From Alphaproteobacteria bacterium (lineage in GTDB: Bacteria; Pseudomonadota; Alphaproteobacteria; GCA-2731375): DNA of 64,000 bases. The stretch covers positions 2,496,001 to 2,560,000 of the forward strand of contig CBDDPY010000002.1 in the NCBI GenBank assembly GCA_965232515.1, given 5' to 3'. How positions within the stretch are numbered: position 1 is the first letter of the stretch; each line of letters starts with the position of its first letter. The position numbers and the translations under genes were made by a program. Positions 1 to 9,448 of this stretch are shown piece after piece. The notes beneath the pieces were generated by a model that was not told the origin of the DNA, did no database searches, and worked only from the letters and a program-made list of their open reading frames with translations.

Positions 1-2
1 CG

Positions 3-275
3 GCCTTCGCCAGCCTCGCCATCACCGCCATCGGCTGGAACGGCGTCATCCAGGCCGAGGTCACCCGCCGCACGCCCGCCGCCGAGATCGGCCGCGCCAT
101 GGGCGGCTCGCTGTTCTTCGCCTTCTCCGGCATCCTCTGCGGCCCGGCCGCCTTCGCTCTGATCTACGGCGCGGTCGGCGTCTACACCACCGTCTTCGCG
201 TTCCTGACCGTGCTCGCGTTCGCGGGCGTCGGCTTCGTCCTGCTTGCCCGCCGGGCCGGAGCCGTGGAAGGCTAA
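3..275 (+). CDS. MFS transporter, C-terminal fragment (runs off the window start)
   Basis: Hand translation of frame 3 gives hydrophobic helices (AITAIGWNGVIQAEV...GRAMGGSLFFAFSGILCGPAAFALIY) ending at TAA 273-275. Confidence 0.7.
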   Translation, partial: AFASLAITAIGWNGVIQAEVTRRTPAAEIGRAMGGSLFFAFSGILCGPAAFALIYGAVGVYTTVFAFLTVLAFAGVGFVLLARRAGAVEG

Positions 276-295
276 GCCTGACAAATCCGGAGGCA

Positions 296-1156
296 ATGCC
301 TGTGTCGCGCCATATCGTCTGCCTGACCTTCGATTTCGATGCCCTGTCGCTGTTCATCGCCCGTGGCCAGACCACGCCGACGCCGATCTCGCGCGGTGAG
401 TTCGGGGCCGTCGGCGCCGAACGGCTGCTGAAGCTGTTGGGGCAGCGCGAGATCCCCGCCACCTGGTTCATCCCCGGCCTCACCATCGGCACCTATCCGG
501 ATGTCTGCCGCGCCATCGCCGGGGCCGGCCACGAGATCGGCCATCACGGCTGGACCCACGTGCCGCCGGCCATGCTCAGCCGCGAGGAAGAAGAAGACGG
601 CCTGAAGCGCGGCAACGACGCCATCGCCCAGCTCTGCGGCAAGCCGGCGCGCGGTTATCGCTCGCCCAGCTGGGATCTAAGCGAACACACGGTCGACCTC
701 CTGCTGGAACACGGCTTCGTCTACGACAGCAGCATGATGGGCCACGACTACCTGCCCTACCGGGCCCGCCAGGGCGACCGTATCGAGACCGACGAACCCT
801 CGACGTTCGGCGACCCGACCGACCTGATCGAGATGCCGATCAGCTGGAGCCAGGACGACTATCCGCATTTCGAGTTCTCGGCCGGCAAGCGCGGCGTCTT
901 TCCCGGTCTCGCCGCCGGCTCCGCCGTACTCGAGAACTGGGTCGCCGATTTCGACTACATGGCCCGCGAGCTCGACTGGGGCGTCATCACCTATACCTGC
1001 CATCCCTTCGTCATCGGCCGCGGCCACCGCATGCTGATGCTCGAGAACCTGATCGAATCCTTGAGCGCGCACGGCGCCGTCTTCATGACCATGGAGGACG
1101 CCGCCGCCGAATACGCCGAACGGGCGGGCCTGGCAAATGCGAGGAAACGGGCATGA
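296..1156 (+). CDS. Polysaccharide deacetylase (CE4, PgdA/PuuE-like)
   Basis: TFDFD, HEIGHHGWTH, GYRSPSW, YDSS and HPFVIGR motifs; GGAGG RBS. Confidence 0.9.
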   Translation: MPVSRHIVCLTFDFDALSLFIARGQTTPTPISRGEFGAVGAERLLKLLGQREIPATWFIPGLTIGTYPDVCRAIAGAGHEIGHHGWTHVPPAMLSREEEEDGLKRGNDAIAQLCGKPARGYRSPSWDLSEHTVDLLLEHGFVYDSSMMGHDYLPYRARQGDRIETDEPSTFGDPTDLIEMPISWSQDDYPHFEFSAGKRGVFPGLAAGSAVLENWVADFDYMARELDWGVITYTCHPFVIGRGHRMLMLENLIESLSAHGAVFMTMEDAAAEYAERAGLANARKRA

Positions 1157-1947
1157 AACTAGGCAAAGACCAGGTCGCGGAGTTCCACGACAAGGGCTAT
1201 GTGCTGGTCCCGGATGTGCTGTCGGCGGCCGAGCGCGGCGTGCTCGAAGACGCCATGGCGAACGTGCTCGCCCGCCCCGGCCCGGAGGTGGCGCGCGAGG
1301 CCGACGGCGCGCCGCACGTCTGCTGGGGCATGCACCTGTTCGACGAGCGCTTCGGCGCGCTGACCCGCCACCCGAAGCTCCTGGGCCCGGCCGAACAGCT
1401 CCTCGGCAACCAGGTCTTCGTGCACCAGAGCCGCGTCAACGTGAAACAGCAGAACGGCTCCATCGTCGACTGGCACCAGGATTTCGGCACCTATCACCGC
1501 GTCGACGGCATCCCCGAGCCGCGCGGCCTGATGATCGCCGTGTTCATGGACGACGTCACCGCCTGCAACGCACCGCTGATCCTGATCCCGCGCTCACAGC
1601 ACCACGGCGTCGTGCGCGAGGCCGACATCGACACCGGCAAGAACGACTACGAAGGCGCCGCCAAATTCCTCTACGCCATCACGCCCGAGACGATCGCCGC
1701 GCTCATCGACGAAAACGGCGTCGAAGCCATCACCGGCCGCGCCGGCGCCGTGCTGTTTATGCACATCAACGTCGTGCACGCCTCCAGCGTCAACATCACG
1801 CCGCTCCGCCGCGTCCTGCTCTACCTGAACGTCAGCACAACAGACAACCGCGGCGAGACGTTCGAACGCCCGCCCCACCTCGCCGCCCGCGACTTCAGCC
1901 CCCTCGAGCCGCTCGGCGAGGACTGCCTGCTAAATTACGCCCGATAG
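1153..1947 (+). CDS. PhyH-family Fe(II)/2-oxoglutarate dioxygenase (ectoine hydroxylase-like)
   Basis: WHQDFGTYH (HxD), distal His in VVHASSVN, and Arg in LRR; ATGA overlap with the upstream gene. Confidence 0.88.
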   Translation: MKLGKDQVAEFHDKGYVLVPDVLSAAERGVLEDAMANVLARPGPEVAREADGAPHVCWGMHLFDERFGALTRHPKLLGPAEQLLGNQVFVHQSRVNVKQQNGSIVDWHQDFGTYHRVDGIPEPRGLMIAVFMDDVTACNAPLILIPRSQHHGVVREADIDTGKNDYEGAAKFLYAITPETIAALIDENGVEAITGRAGAVLFMHINVVHASSVNITPLRRVLLYLNVSTTDNRGETFERPPHLAARDFSPLEPLGEDCLLNYAR

Positions 1948-1965
1948 AAATTCCGAGGCGAGTAG

Positions 1966-2070
1966 TTCCGGTGACAGTAACCATAACTCCGGATGCCGAA
2001 TCCACGGCAGATAATTCCGGTGACAGTAACCTTAATTCGCGTACGAATTAAGGTTACTGTCACCGGAATT
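1966..2070. repeat. AATTCCGGTGACAGTAACC repeat cluster (family A) including a perfect 27-bp inverted repeat
   Basis: One copy at 1966-1982; arms 2013-2039 and 2044-2070 around a CGTA loop; lies between convergent genes. Confidence 0.9.
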
Positions 2071-2082
2071 CGCGAAATCTCG

Positions 2083-2871
2083 TCAGCCGACGTTGAAGCC
2101 GCGCAGTGTTGACGCGCGTTCGCTGGCGGCGGCCATCATCAGCGTGATGTCGTTGCCGGCGAGGATGAAGCGCATGCCCATGGCGATGTAGCGCTCCATC
2201 AGCGGCGGGTCGTAGACGCCGCCCAGGCCCGGCCAGACGTTATTGGCGCGGCAGGCGGCGATGATGCGCTCGTAGGCTTCGGCGACGCGCGGATTGCCGA
2301 CGTCGCCCGGGATGCCCATTTCGACGCAGAGATCGTTGGTGCCGACCAACAGCACGTCGAGGCCCGGCGTCGCCGCGATCGCCTCCACGTTCTCGACCGC
2401 CGTCGGCGTCTCCAGCATCATCACCACCAGCGTCGCGGCGTTGATGATCTCCGTCGTCTCGCCCATGGGCAGCTTGGCGAAGCCGGTCTGCGACAGCGCG
2501 CCCGTCACCGAACGGTGGCCGACCGGCGGATACTTGCAGGCCGAGACGATCCCGGCCGCCTGCTCAGCCGTGTCCACATGCGGCACGACGACGCCCATGG
2601 CGCCGCCGTCCAGCACCCGCGTCGCCAGATGCCTGTCGAAGCCCGGCACGCGGACGATGGGCGCGATGCCGGCGAGATGCGCGGTCACGCTGATCTGCGC
2701 CGCCATGTCCAGGTTCATCGAATTGTGCTCGAGGTCTATGAACAGGTAGTCGTAGCCGCAGGTCTTCATGATCGGCCCGATATCGACCGTCCGCGCCTGC
2801 CGGAGCCCGACGCCCAGCGCCAGCTCCCCCGCCTCCAACCGCTCCCGCGCCGGGTTCCGTACTGTCGTCAT
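2083..2871 (-). CDS. HpcH/HpaI family class II aldolase
   Basis: DLEH, VRVP, LDGGAMGVVVPHV, MLET and GTNDL motifs; start set at MTTVRNP after a GGGGAG RBS. Confidence 0.9.
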   Translation of the reverse strand: MTTVRNPARERLEAGELALGVGLRQARTVDIGPIMKTCGYDYLFIDLEHNSMNLDMAAQISVTAHLAGIAPIVRVPGFDRHLATRVLDGGAMGVVVPHVDTAEQAAGIVSACKYPPVGHRSVTGALSQTGFAKLPMGETTEIINAATLVVMMLETPTAVENVEAIAATPGLDVLLVGTNDLCVEMGIPGDVGNPRVAEAYERIIAACRANNVWPGLGGVYDPPLMERYIAMGMRFILAGNDITLMMAAASERASTLRGFNVG

Positions 2872-2900
2872 ACCGCTATCTCTCCCCGTCACTCTGATCG

Positions 2901-3005
2901 CATGCTTCGAGACGCCCGCTGACGCGGGCTCCTCAGCATGAGGCCGTTCTTGCTTCCAACACCACCCTCACCCTGAGGAGCGGGCACAGCCCGCGTCTCG
3001 AAGGG
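2901..3005. repeat. REP-like bipartite palindromic repeat (family B), copy 1
   Basis: CTTCGAGACG...CTCCTCAGCATGAG paired with inverted CTCACCCTGAGGAG...CGTCTCGAAG; recurs at 38741 and 51042. Confidence 0.85.
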
Positions 3006-3782
3006 TCATGCCCCTGCCCCCTTGAGACCCTGAATGCCGGCCCGCAGGCCCTCCTGCACCAGCCAGATGTCGCCGGAATAAGACACCATGCGGAAGCCGC
3101 GTTCCATCCAGGCCCGGCCCGAGGCCACGTCCATCACCATGCAACCCGCCGGTTTGCCGTTCCGCTCGCAGGCCGCCAGCAGCTTGTCGATGGCCGCCTG
3201 GAATTCCGGCCGCTCGAACTCGCCCGGCATGCCCATGGAGAGCGACAGGTCGAAGTGGCCGAGATGGCCCGCGTCGATGCCCGGCACGGCCAGGATCTCC
3301 TCCACATTCTCGATGCCCTTGGCGGTCTCGATCAGCGGCATGACGAACGTGCGCTCGTTGGCGATGCGCATCTTCTCCGGCACGTCGCCGGCGGCGTAAT
3401 CGTCATGCGCGCCGCCGAAGATGGCGCCGCGCACGCCGTCGGGCGGATAGCGCGTCCAGGAAACGATCTCGGCCGCCTCCGCCGCGCTCTCGACCATCGG
3501 CAGCATGAAGCCCATGGCGCCGAGATCAAGCAGCAGCGACAGCAGGTTGTACTGCTTGCCCGGCGGCCGCACCAACGGCACGATGTCAAGCCCCCGGCAA
3601 TAGGCGAACTGCGCCTTCATCTCCTCCATCGACAGGCCCGAATGCTCCATGTCGTAGAGCACGTATTCGGCGCCGGCGTCGGCCAGGATCGCCGGCAGGC
3701 CCGGCCCCGTCAGCTCGAACACCATGGTGCCGAAGGCCTTGCCGCCGGCCGCCAGCCGTTCCTTCACCGGATTGCTGCGCAT
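3006..3782 (-). CDS. HpcH/HpaI family class II aldolase (second paralogue)
   Basis: DMEH, LDLGAMGFMLPMV, LIET and GHFDL motifs. Confidence 0.9.
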   Translation of the reverse strand: MRSNPVKERLAAGGKAFGTMVFELTGPGLPAILADAGAEYVLYDMEHSGLSMEEMKAQFAYCRGLDIVPLVRPPGKQYNLLSLLLDLGAMGFMLPMVESAAEAAEIVSWTRYPPDGVRGAIFGGAHDDYAAGDVPEKMRIANERTFVMPLIETAKGIENVEEILAVPGIDAGHLGHFDLSLSMGMPGEFERPEFQAAIDKLLAACERNGKPAGCMVMDVASGRAWMERGFRMVSYSGDIWLVQEGLRAGIQGLKGAGA

Positions 3783-3797
3783 CGCCTCACCCCCCTC

Positions 3798-4820
3798 CTA
3801 CTGTGCCGCCGTGCGGGCGGCATCGAGCGCCGCCAGCATGTCGTTCGCGCGCTGGACCTTCTCGGGACGCGGATCGCGTTGCACGATCCGCATCAGCGCC
3901 GCCCGCGCCGTCTCGTCGCCGGCCTCCGCCATCGCGAACGCCATGTCGTCGCGCCGCTCGTAATACTGCCGGTCGAATGGCACCACGGTCGGATTCTGCT
4001 TCTCCCAGTAATACTGCAGCTCGGTCGACCGCCAGCCGGCATAGACCTCGTCCCAGGTGAACATGTCGGCATAGGGCCGCATCGACACCTCGCAGACCGG
4101 CTCGCTCGCCCGCTGAAAGCGCGGATCGACTGACTGCCGCAGCCGGTCCGTCGTGTTCGGCGAGCCCTTGTGCACCACCAGCGAATGGAAGATCACCGCG
4201 TCGCCGGCCGCGAAATCGCCGCTGACCCACTGACCCTCCAGCGGATCGGTCACCTCCAGCCCGCCGGCGCCGCTCGACACCGCGAAGTCACGCACGCCTG
4301 ATTTGTGCGAGCCGGCCGCGATCTGCAGGCCGCCCATCTCGGCCGGGCAGTCGTGCAGTGGGATCCAGGCGGTGTAGCAGCGCTCGGTGCCCTGGATATG
4401 CACATAGTCCTGATGCGCCGGGGTCGTGAAGTCCGGCCGCTGCGGAAAGATGTTGCGGATCACCATCAGCGGGTGCACCAGCACTTCCTCGCCGAACATG
4501 CGCTCGAACAGCGCCACGATGTTGGGGTGGTGCTTGATCGCCTGCACGTCCTCGCGCACGTAGAACGGCCGCAGCACCTCGAGGAACGGTTCCTGCGGGT
4601 CGACACAGGCCGCTTCGGAATTCGCCACCGCGTCCATCAGGTCGTGGTCGCGGTTCAGCCAGCCCGCCCCGTCGGCGAGCTCGAGGAACGCGCGGCGCAG
4701 CGGCCGCAGCTCGTCCTTCGGCAGCAGGCCTTTGACGAACAGATACCCGTCGCGGTCCATGCGTTCGGCGAGCGCCGGCCCGTCCATCATGAGATCGGTG
4801 GAGTCGATAAACGGCGTCAT
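3798..4820 (-). CDS. PhyH-family dioxygenase
   Basis: TPAHQDY, WIPL, GSH, IFHSLVVH and LRQSVDPRF motifs. Confidence 0.88.
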   Translation of the reverse strand: MTPFIDSTDLMMDGPALAERMDRDGYLFVKGLLPKDELRPLRRAFLELADGAGWLNRDHDLMDAVANSEAACVDPQEPFLEVLRPFYVREDVQAIKHHPNIVALFERMFGEEVLVHPLMVIRNIFPQRPDFTTPAHQDYVHIQGTERCYTAWIPLHDCPAEMGGLQIAAGSHKSGVRDFAVSSGAGGLEVTDPLEGQWVSGDFAAGDAVIFHSLVVHKGSPNTTDRLRQSVDPRFQRASEPVCEVSMRPYADMFTWDEVYAGWRSTELQYYWEKQNPTVVPFDRQYYERRDDMAFAMAEAGDETARAALMRIVQRDPRPEKVQRANDMLAALDAARTAAQ

Positions 4821-4927
4821 GGCGTGTCCTCGTTTCTTGGCCGTCTCAGCGGCATTGTTGTCGGGGCCGTTTCCACGATAATAGCACGCCGTCGAAACGG
4901 CCCGGCAATCGCTAACGAGGTTCCTGC

Positions 4928-5827
4928 ATGCTTTATTCCCGCAAAGCGCCCACCGCCAAGCGCGCCGACCTGCGCGCGGCGCTCAGCCAGGGCGGCCTGT
5001 TGCGCTTCGCCGGTGCCTTCTCGCCCGTGGTCGCGCAATTGATCGAGGAGATCGGCTTCGACGGCGTCTATCTCGGCAGCTCCATGCTGTCTGCCGATCT
5101 CGGCCTGCCGGATATCGGCCTGGTCACGTTGAGCGAGGCGGCCGCGCGCGGCGGCGCCATCAGCCGTGTGACCGCCCTGCCGACGTTGATCGATATCGAC
5201 ACCGGTTATGGTGAGACCGTCAACGTCGCCCGCACCATGCAGGAGCTGGAGGACGCGGGCCTCGCCGGCTTTCACCTGGAAGACCAGATCAACCCGAAAC
5301 GCTGCGGCCATCTCGATAACAAGGCGCTGGTCGAGCCCACCGCCATGGTCGAGAAGATCCGCGCCGCCGTCGCCGCCCGCCGCGATCCCGATTTCCTGAT
5401 CATGGCCCGCACCGACGCGCGCGCCGTCGAGGGCATGGACGCGGCCATCGCCCGCGCCAAAGCCTATGTCGACGCCGGCGCCGACGCGATCTTCCCCGAA
5501 GCCATGGCGGACGAGGCCGAGTTCGCCGCCTTCCGCGACGCCGTCGACGTACCACTGCTCGCCAACATGACCGAGTTCGGCAAATCCAAACTGCTCAGAG
5601 CCGCCAGCTTGCGTGACCTTGGCTACAACATGGTGATCTATCCGGCGACCGCATTCCGCCTCGCCATGCGCGCCGTCGAGGACGGCCTGCGCCAGGTCGC
5701 GGCAGACGGCGACCAGACGCAGATCATCGACCGGCTGATGACGCGCAAGCGCTTCTATCAGCTCATCGGCTACGACGAATACGGCCAGTTCGACCAGTCG
5801 ATCGCGGATTTCGAGCTGGACACATGA
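4928..5827 (+). CDS. prpB: 2-methylisocitrate lyase
   Basis: DIDTGYG, EDQINPKRCGH, ARTDA and LANMTEFGKS motifs. Confidence 0.88.
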   Translation: MLYSRKAPTAKRADLRAALSQGGLLRFAGAFSPVVAQLIEEIGFDGVYLGSSMLSADLGLPDIGLVTLSEAAARGGAISRVTALPTLIDIDTGYGETVNVARTMQELEDAGLAGFHLEDQINPKRCGHLDNKALVEPTAMVEKIRAAVAARRDPDFLIMARTDARAVEGMDAAIARAKAYVDAGADAIFPEAMADEAEFAAFRDAVDVPLLANMTEFGKSKLLRAASLRDLGYNMVIYPATAFRLAMRAVEDGLRQVAADGDQTQIIDRLMTRKRFYQLIGYDEYGQFDQSIADFELDT

Positions 5828-6954
5828 GCCAGCGACGCATCCCCGCCGCTTTCATCCGCGGCGGCACCAGCAAGGGCCTGTTCTTCCGCGCGGCCGATCT
5901 GCCCGCCGACCCTACCGCCCGGAATACCCTCTTCCTCGCAGCCATCGGCAGCCCCGATCCCAACGGCCGCCAGCTCGACGGCATGGGCGGCGGCATCTCC
6001 TCGCTCAGCAAGGTGGTCGTCGTCGCGCCGCCGAGCCGCGACGACGCCGATGTCGACTACACCTTCGGCCAGGTCGCGGTCGACGCGGCGCTGGTCGATT
6101 ACGACAGCAATTGCGGCAACCTGACGTCCGCCGTCGGCCCTTTTGCCGTTGACGAGAAGCTGGTGCCGGCCGCCGATGGCGAGGCCGTGCTGACGCTGCA
6201 CAACACCAATACCGGCAAGCTGATCCGGTCGCGCTTCGCGGTGCGCGACGGCCTCGCCGTCACAGAAGGCGACACCGCCCTGCCCGGCGTCGCCGGCACG
6301 GCGGCGCCGATCCGCCTCGGCTTCGACCAGCCCGGCGGCGCCGTCACCGGCCGCCTGCTGCCCACGGGCAACGTGGTCGACGAACTGGACGTGCCGGATG
6401 TGGGCCGCGTTCGGACCTCGCTCATCGACGCCACCACGGCCATGGCCTTCGTCGCCGCCGCCGACGTCGGCCTCACCGGCACGGAGCTGCCGGACGCGCT
6501 CGAGGCCGACGCCGACCTGATGCAACGCCTCGGCGCGATCCGTCAGGCCGCCGCCGCGGCCATGGACATCCCGCCCGAAACCCAGAGCGTGCCCAAGCTC
6601 GGCCTGATCGCCGGCCCGGCCGCGGCCGAGACGCTCGCCGGCGACACGGTCGCGCCCGACGCCATGCACCTCACCGCCCGCATGCTGTCCATGGGCCGCA
6701 TCCACCGCGCCCTGCCGCTGACCGGCGCGCTCTGCCTTGCCGTCGCCGCCCGTATCACCGGCAGCGTCGTCGCCGACCTCGCGCGGCCCACCGAGACCGA
6801 CCTCGCCATCGCCCACCCCTCCGGCCTCATCGAGGTCAAGGCCAGCGTGCGTCAAGACCCCGACTGGCAGGCCGACAGCGTCGAAGTCATCCGCACGCAG
6901 CGCCGGCTGATGGAGGGGGTTGTGCTGGTGCCGGAGGGAATAGATCCAGGCTGA
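5824..6954 (+). CDS. prpF: PrpF-family (methyl)aconitate isomerase
   Basis: RGGTSKG, DGMGGGISSLSK, NCGNL and SMGRIHRA motifs; coupled to prpB. Confidence 0.88.
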   Translation: MSQRRIPAAFIRGGTSKGLFFRAADLPADPTARNTLFLAAIGSPDPNGRQLDGMGGGISSLSKVVVVAPPSRDDADVDYTFGQVAVDAALVDYDSNCGNLTSAVGPFAVDEKLVPAADGEAVLTLHNTNTGKLIRSRFAVRDGLAVTEGDTALPGVAGTAAPIRLGFDQPGGAVTGRLLPTGNVVDELDVPDVGRVRTSLIDATTAMAFVAAADVGLTGTELPDALEADADLMQRLGAIRQAAAAAMDIPPETQSVPKLGLIAGPAAAETLAGDTVAPDAMHLTARMLSMGRIHRALPLTGALCLAVAARITGSVVADLARPTETDLAIAHPSGLIEVKASVRQDPDWQADSVEVIRTQRRLMEGVVLVPEGIDPG

Positions 6955-6967
6955 GCAGCCTTAGCCC

Positions 6968-8680
6968 TCACCACCCCAACGCATAACAGGCCCGTCGCGG
7001 ATCGGCGCCTGCGGTGCGTAACCCATCCGCCTGCCCGTCAATCAGGCAGACCGCGCCGGCGCGCCATTCCCAGTCGTCCCAGCAGCGCACGTCGTGGCCG
7101 AGCCGCCGCAGGCCCTCGACCGTCGCTTCCGAGATCCGTCCCTCCAGGTTCAGCCGGCCGGGCAGATAGGTGTGCGGCGCGAACGAGCCGGGGAAGCTAT
7201 AGCTGGCGAAGCGCGGCGCCTCGACCGCGGCCTGCGGGTTCATGCCGAACACGGCGACGTTCAGAAACGCCTGCAGCATGGCCTGGCACTGCACGTCGGC
7301 GCCCGGCGTGCCGAACGGCATGACGCCGCCATCGGCCGAGACCGCCAGCGCCGGACAGGGCGTGAGGCGCGGCCGCTTGCCCGGCGCCACGCCCGAGGGA
7401 TGGTCGGCGTCGGCCCGCGACTGCGAGCCGCGCGAGGACGGGCACAGCCCCGTGCCCGGCACCACGGGCGCGTCATAGGCCGTATCGCTCGGCGTCGCCG
7501 AGAAGGCGTTGCCGGCGCCGTCGACGACGCAGACATAGGACGTGTCCAGCGCCGCCATGGCGGCATCGCCAATACTCAACGCCGGCCAGTCGGTGCCGTC
7601 GCCCGCCGGCGGCATCTCGGCCCAGGCCACGTCGTCGCGGATCAGCGCGCGGCGCATCTCGGCATAGGCCGGCGACAGCAGCGTCTCCATCGGCACCGGC
7701 ACGAATTTGGGATCGCCGTAGAATCGCTCGCGGTCGGCCATGGCGAGCTTGATCGCCTCGGTCAACGTATGGATATAGGCCGTGGAATTGTGGCCCAGCG
7801 CCTTCAGGTCGTAGCTCTCGAGCAGCCGCAGCAGTTGCAGCAGCACCGGCCCCTGGCACCAGGGCCCGCAGGCATAGACCCGTGCGTCGCCGAACGCGAC
7901 CTGCACCGGCGGCTCGACGCCGACACTGAAATCCGCCATGTCCTCCGATGTCAGCCAGCCGTCGTTCTCGCCGTGATAGCGCGTGATCGCGTCAGCGATG
8001 TCGCCGCGATAGAATGCGTCCCGCGCCGCCGCCAGGCCCGCGTCCCGGTCGCCGCCAGCCGCCGCTTCCTCATCGGCCATGTATTGCAGCGACCGCGCCA
8101 GATCGGCCTGCACGAACAGGTCGCCCACCGCCGGCGGCGCGCCGCCCGGCAGATAGATCTCGGCATTGGCCGGCCAGCGTTTGTAATCGACGGCATGATC
8201 GGCAATCAGCGACGCCATCAGCGGATACATGGCGAAACCGTCGCGGGCGAGCGCGATCGCCGGCCCCGCCACCTCGCCGAAGCGCATGCTGCCGTAGCGG
8301 CGCAACGCCGTGATCCAGGCATCGGGCGCCGCCGGCACCACCGTGCGCAGAATGCCGGCCGGCACGCTGCCGCCGTGACGCGCGCGAAAGACCTCGGCCG
8401 AGGCTGCCTTCGGCCAGCAGCCGAGGCCGCTGATCGTCACCACCTCTTGGGTTTCGGCGAGATAGAGAATGATCGGCGCGACGCCGGCGACGTTCACCAG
8501 GTCGCTCTGCACCACGCCCAGCGCCAAGCCGGCCGCGACGCCGGCATCGATGGCGTTGCCGCCTGCCTCCAGCACCTGGAATCCGGCCTGCGCCGCCAGG
8601 TAGTGCCCGGCCGCCACCATATGCTTGCGGCCGCGCAACGCCGGCCGATAGGCGTCCATGTTTTCGGAAATGCCCGTCAT
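6968..8680 (-). CDS. Gamma-glutamyltransferase family Ntn-hydrolase
   Basis: GGNAIDA, catalytic Thr in LDTSYVCVVD, PGKRPR, FGTPGAD and ADPRR motifs; no signal peptide. Confidence 0.9.
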   Translation of the reverse strand: MTGISENMDAYRPALRGRKHMVAAGHYLAAQAGFQVLEAGGNAIDAGVAAGLALGVVQSDLVNVAGVAPIILYLAETQEVVTISGLGCWPKAASAEVFRARHGGSVPAGILRTVVPAAPDAWITALRRYGSMRFGEVAGPAIALARDGFAMYPLMASLIADHAVDYKRWPANAEIYLPGGAPPAVGDLFVQADLARSLQYMADEEAAAGGDRDAGLAAARDAFYRGDIADAITRYHGENDGWLTSEDMADFSVGVEPPVQVAFGDARVYACGPWCQGPVLLQLLRLLESYDLKALGHNSTAYIHTLTEAIKLAMADRERFYGDPKFVPVPMETLLSPAYAEMRRALIRDDVAWAEMPPAGDGTDWPALSIGDAAMAALDTSYVCVVDGAGNAFSATPSDTAYDAPVVPGTGLCPSSRGSQSRADADHPSGVAPGKRPRLTPCPALAVSADGGVMPFGTPGADVQCQAMLQAFLNVAVFGMNPQAAVEAPRFASYSFPGSFAPHTYLPGRLNLEGRISEATVEGLRRLGHDVRCWDDWEWRAGAVCLIDGQADGLRTAGADPRRACYALGW

Positions 8681-8726
8681 GCTTTAGCGTAGCACGCGTT
8701 CGCCCGACACGAGATGAGCCAAAAAG

Positions 8727-9131
8727 ATGAACACGCATCTGCACCACGTGCATATCTTCACCAGTGACATCGACGCCACCGTCGCCTGGTACCGCGACAT
8801 GCTGGGCGGCGAGGTGTTCTACGACGGCGAGTTCGGCGGCGCGCGCAACGTGTTCATGAAGATCGGCCACGGCCGGCTTAACATCTACGACCAGCCGCCG
8901 CGCGGCGACGGTCGCAATGCCGTGCACCATATCGGCATCCGCACCGACGACCTCGCGGCCTTGCATTCGCGGCTAGAGGCGAACGGCGTGGCTTTCCGCA
9001 GCGGCATCCGCGAGTTCGGGTCGTGGCGCTACATCATGTGCCCGGCGCCGGACAACGTGCTGTTGGAGCTGTTCGAGGCCGACCGGGCGCAGATGCCTGA
9101 CCGCCTCGCGGCCTTCTTCTTCGACGATTGA
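8727..9131 (+). CDS. VOC/glyoxalase family protein
   Basis: LHHVHI, VHHIGI and PDNVLLELFE motifs. Confidence 0.85.
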   Translation: MNTHLHHVHIFTSDIDATVAWYRDMLGGEVFYDGEFGGARNVFMKIGHGRLNIYDQPPRGDGRNAVHHIGIRTDDLAALHSRLEANGVAFRSGIREFGSWRYIMCPAPDNVLLELFEADRAQMPDRLAAFFFDD

Positions 9132-9140
9132 TCCGACGAT

Positions 9141-9395
9141 TCAGTCGGCCGTCGCGTCGCTGCCGGCATGCTCGGCATAGAGTCGCTCGCCGGCCGGCGT
9201 CGGCACCCACAGCGTACCCGGCCCCTGGTCCCAGCCGCGCTCGCGGATCAGACCGGCCTCGGCCAGCGCCTGGATCGCGTGCGGATCGTGGAATTCGGCG
9301 TTCAGCATCACGTCCGACATGCTGCGCACCGGCTTCGGCAGGCGGCAGAGCCGTTCGAGAATGCGAAACGCTGTGCTGTTGGTGTCGATATTCAT
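9141..9395 (-). CDS. Hypothetical protein (84 aa)
   Basis: Plausible codon usage; fills the gap between convergent genes. Confidence 0.55.
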   Translation of the reverse strand: MNIDTNSTAFRILERLCRLPKPVRSMSDVMLNAEFHDPHAIQALAEAGLIRERGWDQGPGTLWVPTPAGERLYAEHAGSDATAD

Positions 9396-9448
9396 GGCCG
9401 CGGCGGATCTTACGCCGGGCCGCGGCGGAGATCCATCGTTCCGGCGGC

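Noticed and set aside
1966-2070. Possible CRISPR array (also 58245-58300)
   Set aside because: Only 2-3 short units per locus, irregular spacing, one unit inverted, and no cas genes.
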